This document shows positions 28,605-37,700 of a stretch of 50,174 nucleotides of DNA, piece after piece; positions within the stretch are counted from its first letter, which is position 1, and each line of letters starts with the position of its first letter. The stretch comes from a virus (taxonomy: Duplodnaviria; Heunggongvirae; Uroviricota; Caudoviricetes). The notes below the pieces were generated by a model that saw nothing but the letters and a program-made list of their open reading frames with translations, did not search any database and was not told where the DNA came from. Location: positions 64,001 to 114,174 of IMG/VR virus record IMGVR_UViG_3300032288_002343; one strand, 5' to 3'. A program made the translations under genes and the position numbers.

Positions 28605-31600
28605 TTAGATATTTTTTAAAGCTCTTACAATTGAGCTATTCAGATTATTCTTTTTGACAGTTTTTCCTTTTTTAGCAGTGGTTTTTGAAGATGTTTGAAC
28701 ACCTGTTCCTTGTTCATAAGACTTATAACCAATTACCTTGTTGTTCTTGTCATACACAGGAACAGCACTTCCAATCTCAGGCAGATTAGGCTGCCACAAA
28801 GGATTCATATTCATAGCTCTGAAGGAAGGATCGTAGCGATAGTTATACATATTCTCCATAATAGCTAAAGTTCTATTCTCTAGTTTATTCTGAGCATATT
28901 TAGAAGCAATAGAATTGAGAGCAGCTTGTGTTGTAGCCTTGGTCTTAGAAAGAGCCATAGCTTGCTTATCTGCTTGACGCTCAAGAGTTTGTAAGTTCTG
29001 GAGCTTAGCCTGATTGAGCAAGTTTCTATTTTCACCATACACTCTTTGCTTCTCAGCCTGGTTCATTCTAAATTGCTCACCTAACACTCGTTGGTTAGCT
29101 TGATATTTCTGAGCATTCAGAGAAGCCAGAGCTGCAGGGTTATATCCCACTTGTCTTTGTGTAGCATTATAGGTAGCTTGATTCTCATTTAGAATATCTT
29201 GTAGAGATATGTCCACAGGTGTACCAAGCTCAGGAATAAACTTCTGAGCATATACAGGCTCCACCTGATTTTGAGAAAGAGCATACATTTCACCAGTCAA
29301 CTGATTAGCATCTAGTTCTTCTATATCAGAAGGTCTTAAGAAAGGAAGAATTCGGTTGAAAGCATCCATCATTAAACTTCTTTTATAAGGATTTACAGTG
29401 ATCTCAGTCATGTCTTTTTTAGTCACCCTCTTACCAGGAGGAAGAACTGCCTCTGTAAGTGTTTTCACATCAGCCACAGTTCCTGCAGTAGTGCCTTTCA
29501 TACCACCATCCAGAGCAGCCATGTATTGCTCAGTTCTTTTTCCAAATATGCTATCTAGGTTCTGGTTAAGGTCACTTACATCAAAACCTTTTCTCTTACC
29601 ATAGCTAGTAACAGGATAACCAGAGAGTACAGATTTAGCATAATCAGGAGCAAGTCTGTGGTATTCCTGTTGGAACCTAAGTACAGCTGGTCCTTTTCCT
29701 TCTTTCTTAGCCTCCTCATAGAGAGACTTTAAATAGTTATAGTTGGTTGGATCAAAACCAGGAAGCCCTGTATCTGATACAGAAGCAAGAGCATCTGGGT
29801 ATTTATTCTTAGCCTCGTTTCTAAACTTATCAGACAGAGCTGTTCCCTTATCAAATCCAAAATGGATGTGAGGACCTGAAGCTCCTGTAGCGCTTTGGGC
29901 AGCAGCATCATATTCATTAATAGCCGTGATGTCATTTTGTAACATATACCTTACAACATCTTGATCATTAAGAATTGCTTCATAAGCTTTATCATTCAAA
30001 CCAGGGAATGTAATGTCCATTGCTTCACCTTTAGCATGTCTAGAGGGATTGCCTTGGTTTGTAGCAGCACCTGGTCTTAGTCCACTTGTAGCATAAACAT
30101 CATAGTTTTTGCTAGCCAGAAGATCAAATAGTCCTTGTATCTTTGGATCAACATTTCTAAGAGCAGCTCTAGCTGACATGCTTTTACCTCTTTGAGCTTT
30201 AGGAATATTAGCTCCCTTCTTAGCTAACACATCTCCTTTGTCTGTAATGTTTAAAAGCTCTTCTTCTTTTGTATCATTGATAGCATTCTGAAGAGAAGCA
30301 GCGTCCATCTTTTTCTTTGCCAAGTCTTTAAGTTTTGCGTTAGCACCTTCCATATTTGCTTGTAGCGTTCCAAGAGCAAGTTTATCAAAAGATGTTTGTA
30401 CATCCAAACTATCAAGCTGTTCTACTGACTTGTCAATCAATTTGTTCTGCTTGTTCTCTTGTTTAGATAAATCAGCTACATAGGTTTTGAACTTCTTACC
30501 CTTAGCTTTAGGATCTGATAACATATCTGCAAATGCGTTTGTGATTTTGATATTACCAAATACAGTGAGATTAGAATCTCCAGTGGTACCATCTTGTAAC
30601 TTTACAGCTGGTTCCCCACGCTCCACTTCTACAGGATTGTTACCATAGGTGATACCAATACCTGTGTTTCCTTTTCCATCAGACTCATCGTGAGATTGTC
30701 CTCTGAACATGATAGTTTCTCCTCCCTCAGGAAGATAAGGATTCTCGGATAGGGTTTCAGCATATCCACCCCAGTGTGTTTTAAGCTCACCACCCATTTG
30801 CATATCTGGTCTTTCTGTAGACATAGCTCTTGCACTAGGAGGAGTGTATTCTTTTAGATGACCGCCAGCTCTTAACATATCAGCATCCTTAGGAGGTGTA
30901 AGAAGGTCTTTCACCTTATGCTCTCCAAAGGTAGTAATCACCTGAGGTTGCCATGTATGACTCATCCATGCATAAGGGGATGTAGTTCCACCATCTTGCA
31001 TAAAACTTCTATTCATATTTTGAATAGCCATTCCTGTAGATTGACCTACAATATTGCTTATGTTCTTATCACGTCTTTCTCCTGCAGCTTCAATCTTTTC
31101 TTGTTTTTGATCTAATGCACCACCAATAAAGCTACCAACAGCTCCTCCTACTAAACCACCAACTGGTCCAAAGAATGCTGTACCAGCTGCTGAACCTATT
31201 CCTTTACCTAGTTTAGATCCACCACTAGGACCTCCTGTAGCATATTCTCCAAGACTACTAGCAAGCTGACCACCACCTTGTTCTCCCATAATATTAGCAA
31301 ACTGTGTTCCCTGCATCCAGTTTTGATTACCAAATTTAGCTTGTGTAAGTTTACCACCTTTCTGGAATGCTTTCATCTTGTTACTATCATTCAGAGGCTC
31401 ATATCCTAAATCTGTGTACATAGTACCAGGATTATAAACATTCATAATCTCTGTAGGATTACCACCAATCATTGCACCATCTTGAGCAAGTACGTTTGTA
31501 CCTACACCATAAGAAGGAAACATTTGCTGGGGTTGCAACACTACATCTTCTGGTCTAACATATTGTCTTCTAGGCTGTTGCATGGGTCTGCTAGCAGCAG

Positions 31601-32195
31601 CTTGAGCAAATACACCTGTAAGTTGTTCTTGTTGTCTAGCTTGTTGTAATGCATCTTTTTCTTCTTTCAACATTTGTATACCCTGAATAATATCACCAGC
31701 TGATTCTATATAAGGTGCAGCATTAAAAGCACCTTTCATAGCTGTAGGTGTAGCACTAGGTGTAATTGTTTTAGCAGGAGAAGTTCCTGCCATTAGTGTT
31801 TCTCTAGTAGGAGTTTGTATTCTAGGCAAACCACCAGTTGGGATACGAGGTGTTCCCTGAAAACCAAATTGAGTATTTGCATATTGCTGGAAACCAGGCT
31901 GTGCTTTTGGAATCTTTTTACCTTTTTTTGCAGGTTCTTGTGTTTGAAGAGCAGCAAGTTGTCTGCGTTCAGCATCAGTCATACCTGTCAAGGAATAATT
32001 GACATCTGAATACATATCAGCAACATTGAGTGGTGTATAAGGAGCTGGAGCAGCATCACTTGTCATATATGCGCCAATCTGAGCTTTTTTAAAAGCCTTA
32101 CCATGTTTAGCCATAAATGCTTCTTCTGTAGGAAACTTCTTGTAGAATTCCTTTTCAGACTTAACACCAGCAATTTTGAGCATCTCTTTTTTCAT
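28605..32195 (-). CDS. Cargo/ejection protein (1196 aa) with glycine-zipper segment, peptidase M15 domain and peptidoglycan-binding-like segment
   Basis: TSGLR...SRHAKGEAMD...PHIHFGFD gives the H-x6-D and HxH zinc ligands of M15 (about 29850-30160); VLRFQQ...DSIFGKRTEQ resembles PG_binding_1; GSAAGTAFFGPVGGLVGGAVGSFIGG glycine zipper; GQSHDE...GI...EVERGE motif of crAss cargo proteins. Confidence 0.78.
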   Translation of the reverse strand: MKKEMLKIAGVKSEKEFYKKFPTEEAFMAKHGKAFKKAQIGAYMTSDAAPAPYTPLNVADMYSDVNYSLTGMTDAERRQLAALQTQEPAKKGKKIPKAQPGFQQYANTQFGFQGTPRIPTGGLPRIQTPTRETLMAGTSPAKTITPSATPTAMKGAFNAAPYIESAGDIIQGIQMLKEEKDALQQARQQEQLTGVFAQAAASRPMQQPRRQYVRPEDVVLQPQQMFPSYGVGTNVLAQDGAMIGGNPTEIMNVYNPGTMYTDLGYEPLNDSNKMKAFQKGGKLTQAKFGNQNWMQGTQFANIMGEQGGGQLASSLGEYATGGPSGGSKLGKGIGSAAGTAFFGPVGGLVGGAVGSFIGGALDQKQEKIEAAGERRDKNISNIVGQSTGMAIQNMNRSFMQDGGTTSPYAWMSHTWQPQVITTFGEHKVKDLLTPPKDADMLRAGGHLKEYTPPSARAMSTERPDMQMGGELKTHWGGYAETLSENPYLPEGGETIMFRGQSHDESDGKGNTGIGITYGNNPVEVERGEPAVKLQDGTTGDSNLTVFGNIKITNAFADMLSDPKAKGKKFKTYVADLSKQENKQNKLIDKSVEQLDSLDVQTSFDKLALGTLQANMEGANAKLKDLAKKKMDAASLQNAINDTKEEELLNITDKGDVLAKKGANIPKAQRGKSMSARAALRNVDPKIQGLFDLLASKNYDVYATSGLRPGAATNQGNPSRHAKGEAMDITFPGLNDKAYEAILNDQDVVRYMLQNDITAINEYDAAAQSATGASGPHIHFGFDKGTALSDKFRNEAKNKYPDALASVSDTGLPGFDPTNYNYLKSLYEEAKKEGKGPAVLRFQQEYHRLAPDYAKSVLSGYPVTSYGKRKGFDVSDLNQNLDSIFGKRTEQYMAALDGGMKGTTAGTVADVKTLTEAVLPPGKRVTKKDMTEITVNPYKRSLMMDAFNRILPFLRPSDIEELDANQLTGEMYALSQNQVEPVYAQKFIPELGTPVDISLQDILNENQATYNATQRQVGYNPAALASLNAQKYQANQRVLGEQFRMNQAEKQRVYGENRNLLNQAKLQNLQTLERQADKQAMALSKTKATTQAALNSIASKYAQNKLENRTLAIMENMYNYRYDPSFRAMNMNPLWQPNLPEIGSAVPVYDKNNKVIGYKSYEQGTGVQTSSKTTAKKGKTVKKNNLNSSIVRALKNI

Positions 32196-32196
32196 G

Positions 32197-33906
32197 TTAT
32201 TGGTATTTATCTAACCATCCACCCTTGGTTGGTTTGTTATAGTTTGTAAAGTTAAGCAATTGGTCTAGCTTTTCAATAGGTTGAGCATCAGCATTATTGA
32301 CACTAACACCACCTCTAGCTACAGGATATTCTGTAACATACTCCCCATCAAATTCATAATCCTCTCCAGGCTCCATATATTGTACATCTCCTGTATCAGA
32401 GATTCCAATTAGTGGTTCATACACACCCTCCATAGTGATTTCATTAGATGGGATGGTTACAGGCTTTCCCCAATTCTCAGGATTCCAATAGCCCATAGGA
32501 TCTACATTACCACCATCTTGGTAGTTACCTGTAGCACTTGCCCAGTTATCACCCTCTTGATATGTAGCTCCTCTTATACCTTCTGCAAAAGCTTTGAGAG
32601 CAGATTTAGTGGGGAAGTACATAGTCTTTTGTTCATTGTACTTTCCTGTAGGACTAGTAAAACTGAATTTAGTTGGGGTGTCAGGATTGTATTCATTTAG
32701 CTTTGGAAAGCTAGGAACTCCTGGTTTAGGAAGATTGAATCCTAAATTTCTTGTTTCTCTTGAGATAGGAATAGGTCTTTCTAGCTTAGGCTCCTCCTGA
32801 AGGATTACAGGTTGTACTGGTTTTTTATATCCATGTAAGTTACTAATTGTACCAATTGTAAAGACTTTATTATAGAAATCTTTTGGTAATGGTATTTCTC
32901 TATTATCATTTGTTTTTATAAAATTAGATATACCATCGTTATCAGTATCGCCATCTCCAGGATAATAAAACCCTTGTGAACTAACTGGTTGTATTTTTTG
33001 ATTAGGTGTAAATGCATTATTATCTTTCCAGGTTTTTAAATTAAGTTGTTTAGTATATTTATCATAAGCTTGTTTACCTAACATATATTTATTATACAAA
33101 CTTAAACTATCCTGATAAGCCTTAAGTCTAGGATCATTAGGATCAGAGACAGTGATGAGTTCTCTCTTATTAGGATTACGAGCAAATAAACCATGTCTAC
33201 GAGGATCACTTTCAGGATAGTTATATGGAGGTTTTGCTTTTATATTTTTCTCGTTGTAAATTTTATCACCATCTTGACTAATAGTCTTAGGTTTGAAATC
33301 CAAGCCTGCTTGGTAGTATTTCATCTCCTGTCCATTCTGAGACTTAGGAACATATTTGAAAAACTTACCAGAACTATCAATTATATTCTTACTCCTAAAG
33401 TCTGCAGCCTCAGGACTATTGTACCAATCAAGTTCTAGCTGTAGGGTTGGATGTCCTTTTGCCTTCAGGAACTGTCCAGTTTGGTTATCCACTGTAGGTA
33501 GGTGACCAGTTTTATCTGGAGTGTAACCCAGTTCCCAAGCTCTTTTAAGATTGTAATCAGGAGTTTCTTTTAGGTTGTATTGCTTCTTCCATTGGTTATA
33601 AGACAACTTTTTACCATCCTGTGCACTAGCCTTAGTCTTCTTAGCATAAGGACCATTGCTAGGAGCAGGGTTGATTGTACGTGCATACATCATTCCTGTA
33701 GCACCAGGGAGAGATCCTCCCATTGCAAACTGTCCACCCCATGCAGGACTGTAGTTGCGTCCTTTGGTGTTGTATGCCAGTCCCTTGAACCCTGGAGGAA
33801 ATGATACATCAGGATTGTTTGGGTTGGCTTTCTTCCCATAGTTATCCTTGGTCTTTTGTTTTAAGACCAATCCTCCTTGTTCATATTTATCTAACCAATT
33901 AGCCAT
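32197..33906 (-). CDS. Modular cargo/internal virion protein (569 aa), function unknown
   Basis: Cys-free; repeated xQxG(G) motifs; C-terminal IPSNEITMEGV...PLIGISDTGD...PGEDYEFDGEYVTEYP block recalled from crAss-like phages; TAATG coupling to upstream gene. Confidence 0.65.
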   Translation of the reverse strand: MANWLDKYEQGGLVLKQKTKDNYGKKANPNNPDVSFPPGFKGLAYNTKGRNYSPAWGGQFAMGGSLPGATGMMYARTINPAPSNGPYAKKTKASAQDGKKLSYNQWKKQYNLKETPDYNLKRAWELGYTPDKTGHLPTVDNQTGQFLKAKGHPTLQLELDWYNSPEAADFRSKNIIDSSGKFFKYVPKSQNGQEMKYYQAGLDFKPKTISQDGDKIYNEKNIKAKPPYNYPESDPRRHGLFARNPNKRELITVSDPNDPRLKAYQDSLSLYNKYMLGKQAYDKYTKQLNLKTWKDNNAFTPNQKIQPVSSQGFYYPGDGDTDNDGISNFIKTNDNREIPLPKDFYNKVFTIGTISNLHGYKKPVQPVILQEEPKLERPIPISRETRNLGFNLPKPGVPSFPKLNEYNPDTPTKFSFTSPTGKYNEQKTMYFPTKSALKAFAEGIRGATYQEGDNWASATGNYQDGGNVDPMGYWNPENWGKPVTIPSNEITMEGVYEPLIGISDTGDVQYMEPGEDYEFDGEYVTEYPVARGGVSVNNADAQPIEKLDQLLNFTNYNKPTKGGWLDKYQ

Positions 33907-34772
33907 TATTTGTAAGAGATTTGAGATGGTGTAGTGATAAATTGGCTTACCAGATGCACATCAGACTTGTTATCAAGGATATGTCTCACCTTCAAGTCTT
34001 TAGCTCTTAGAGGTTCCTTCTTGAAGGATCTCTTGCCATAGTCCATATTAGCTTGGTTCACCACCTTATCCAAAGATAATGATTCACAAGTGGTTAAGAA
34101 TAGTGGTAGAGACTTACTTCTTACCAATGACCAGAATGTATTATACTGGTAGAAGTTATCACTCTTTGTATACGTAATAGTCTTACTATCAATGTTATAC
34201 AAAGGATACTTCATGTACTCCTTTAGATTATTAATAGGTTTTGGAACTAACTTAAGTATACCAGATGATTGTTGACCATTGTACAACACTGCCTTATTAA
34301 ACCACTCATTATCAACTTCTATCTTATCATTATCATTAAACACTCCATATCCATCACGGAAGTATTTATACGCCTTTGTATAGTCCTTAACACTCTGAAG
34401 AATCTCATCGTAATAAGAATATGCAAATGGATATTCAATGATATAAGGCTCTATATTTCCATAGAACTTGTTATAATTTACTACATCTGTCAAGTGTCTC
34501 CATGCACAGGAGCTATATGAAGGAGTGAATATAGCTGTCACTTGTTCATTAGGAGTGACAGTAGATATAGGAAAGTTAATTGTTTTCTTACACTGTCCTA
34601 AACTTTCAATGAGAATTACTGTAGCATCATCATCTACAGAATAACTTATACCACTAACAAGTACACTCAAGGGCACATTAGTTCCTAGTACATTCCCAAG
34701 ATTGTCAGAAATGTTGAAAGGACCACTCTTAGGAGAGGCTTTAGTGAGCTTTATGTATACTATTTGTGCCAT
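33906..34772 (-). CDS. Probable C-terminal part of the tail stabilisation (muzzle) protein preceded by a small beta-domain (288 aa)
   Basis: WRH...YNKFYG...YIIEY...FNKAVLYNGQQSSGILKL...YP...YQYNTFW matches the recalled C-terminal region of crAss-like tail stabilisation proteins; N-terminal GPFNI domain is paralogous to 43814..44431. Confidence 0.6.
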   Translation of the reverse strand: MAQIVYIKLTKASPKSGPFNISDNLGNVLGTNVPLSVLVSGISYSVDDDATVILIESLGQCKKTINFPISTVTPNEQVTAIFTPSYSSCAWRHLTDVVNYNKFYGNIEPYIIEYPFAYSYYDEILQSVKDYTKAYKYFRDGYGVFNDNDKIEVDNEWFNKAVLYNGQQSSGILKLVPKPINNLKEYMKYPLYNIDSKTITYTKSDNFYQYNTFWSLVRSKSLPLFLTTCESLSLDKVVNQANMDYGKRSFKKEPLRAKDLKVRHILDNKSDVHLVSQFITTPSQISYK

Positions 34773-34793
34773 TCATTTAGTCAGTTTAATCAT
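34773..34793 (-). other. 6-codon mini-ORF MIKLTK* bridging the two muzzle genes
   Basis: TA-ATG-ATT-AAA-CTG-ACT-AAA-TGA-ATG: starts in the stop codon of 34793..40186 and stops immediately before, in frame with, the ATG of 33906..34772. Confidence 0.45.
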
Positions 34794-37700
34794 TAACATA
34801 CCTCTTCTGAAGTTCCACTTATTTGACAATCATACACCGTAGTGGTACTGGTAGTTGTCGTACAGCAATTTCCTGTATTTGTAATTGTAGAAAGCACTGG
34901 TGGCAATAGGAAACTAGTTCCATAGTTTGGAGCATCATTGATAAAATAAACTATATATGGGTAGCTTTCATTAAAACTTACACTTGTACAAAAATCATTA
35001 GGTAATGATCCTGCTGTTGAGTATGTTTTAACTACTACAGTTGTACCATCAGAACAATCTATATAATTAATATATACAGTGTTATTTAAATAAATTGTAT
35101 TTCCAGTTGCATTATCCAAGTCACTCTGTGATATATCAACATCATAATAGAAACAATCACATAAAGTTGTGGTAGTGGTTGTTGTTGTACTACTTGTAGT
35201 AGTTGTTGTAGTGGTGACATCTTCACACGCAACCCCATCTAAACCACAGTCATATATAGTGGTTGTGGTTGTAGTGGTGGTGGTAACAACCTCATATGCA
35301 AATCCAGCTAACTCACAACAATTTTCAACAGCTTCTCCTTCTATATCACAGTTAGGTTGATAGTACGTAGTGGTTGTAGTTGTAGTGATACAATTATCAC
35401 TTATCAATGTTGCTGAAAGTCCTTTCTCACCAACATTTATTTGATCTCCACAAACACATACTTCTTGAGTGGTTCCACCATCAATTAGAACACTGAATTG
35501 TGGAACACCATTGCAATCTGTATAATCGTACGTTAATGTTTCAGAAGATTGATTCTCAACAGAATATGTCTTACAATCACATACAAATTGTGTTGTTGTA
35601 GTGGTTGTTGTGTTAGGAACAGGATTAGCTACAATAGCCTCAAAATCTCCACAACAGTCATTCAGTCCAGAATAGAAGAAGTTATTCTCAGCTATATACC
35701 AGTTAGGAATATAGCTATGGAAGCTCACCCAACTTCTGGTGTTTACATTAAATGATAATGTCCAACTCTTGTTACAGAAGTATTCTAGATCTGTTAGATA
35801 CACTTGTTTTCTAATAACCTCTGTACTACCACAGCACTCTACCTCTTCCTCTAGATAGAAGTTGAAGTCTGCTTCATCATATATAATGTTCTTAACCTTA
35901 GGAATGTAGTCAAGCTTTGTAATGATGACACGGTCAAACTTACTATCATATACACCATGTAGACCCAGTCCCTTAAAATGGTTATCAATAGGAACATTAG
36001 GGAAGTAGCGCAGGATTTCAAATGCCAGGTGATCTGTAAAGAACCTATTCATTCCTGATCCAAATGCACTTAAATCCTGAGCCCCATTACCAGTAATAAG
36101 GAATACTTGTCCACGTTTAGCATCTACACTTATCTGTCCTTGAGGTATCTTAAGGAGCATTTTATTCTGAGAACCTACATATCCTAGGTCAGTTTCTGCA
36201 AAGTCTACAGGAGGTGAGCTCCTGAATAGACTGTCATTACCCATGTAGGCAGCCTTAGGATTGCTTGTGTCAATTGTGAGCAATGTATTATACATCAAGC
36301 TCTTGTTCTCAAAACGAGCAAGAATAGCTTTATTCTGTATACCATCTAAGCTTACTAAAGGACCGTAGTTCTGTGGGAAGTCAAAATAGGATAGTGCTCT
36401 ATATGTCAACCAGTTATTCGATTGGTTGTCAGCACTTGCATCTTGAGCATCTGAGTAGATGGCTCTAAAAGGATAAAATGTAAAGCACTCTTTCTTCCAG
36501 TCATAAGGAAGGTGAGTGAAGGTGTTCTCTCTATTTTGCTTTGAGAAGGTAGTATTATAGTAGTAGGTATTATCGTTTGCTATAGAAACATAATCTTCCT
36601 GTACCCAGTCATCAGGAATACCTGTGCTCACATGAGGCCAGAAGTCTCCAGCTCTATTATCATAAGCCTGACGAAGGTCTATGTTGTAAGAACTCTCACA
36701 ATAGAAATATGGGATTCCATAAGCAAACAGATACATCTTTCCATCATAGAAAGTTCTACCATTGCTTGTAATAGGAGTTTGACTATTAGGACAATCTAGA
36801 TTAGTAGCCTTGATTGAGAAGAAGTTTGTTAATACAGCAGTTTCAATGGACGCATCTATAAGAATAGAACGTGCTGAATGCCAGTATTGTGGATAGGCTA
36901 CATTACCTATTTCATCGTAGAAAATGTCACTATCATCAGCAGCATTTACACGATTATCTATAAAGAAAGGAAGTTTGGTCTTGAAGGCAAACTTACTGAT
37001 AAATGTATCTCCTCCAAAGAATGTAGCTAAGACAGGAGTGGTTATAGGAGTGATATCTCTTTGGAATCCTGTATCCACTGTATCATAAGAATATATTTGT
37101 CCATATTGGTTAACAAATATGTTCTTTAATGATCCATAATAAGACACAACACTTATGTAATCTTCTCTTCCAGGAACATCACACTTGTTAGCTTCTGAAA
37201 GAGTCATTCTTGACTTATCTGTAACTATTCCATTAACAGCTGGTGTATCACTTGGGAATGGTAAAGGATCTTTTGCCTCATCTGTCTTTAAGTAAACAGA
37301 ACTCTCTCTGCTCCAGTTGTTTACATTTTTATCATCACCCACTCCTTGTACACCAGGAATAAGATAGAGTTTGATATCAAGCTCACGTTGTTTAATTCCT
37401 AGTCCGTTGTTAATTACATTACTATAATCATAACTAGCTATAGAGTTATAGGAATATGCATAGTTACGTCTGGTGATACCGTTTATGTATATTGTTAAGT
37501 AGGCTTGGTAAGCAGCAAATAATGCAGATGCATTATATGGAGAAGTAATCACTGCTATCTGATTAGCACTATTTAATGCATCCTGTTGAGCTTGAAGGCT
37601 TACTAGTCTGTACATTGCATTCTTCTGCACTTGTACAAAGTGAGAACTACCAGCACCAAATATAACGTTCTCTAGTTTTAAGATGTTTCCTAAGAAAGGT

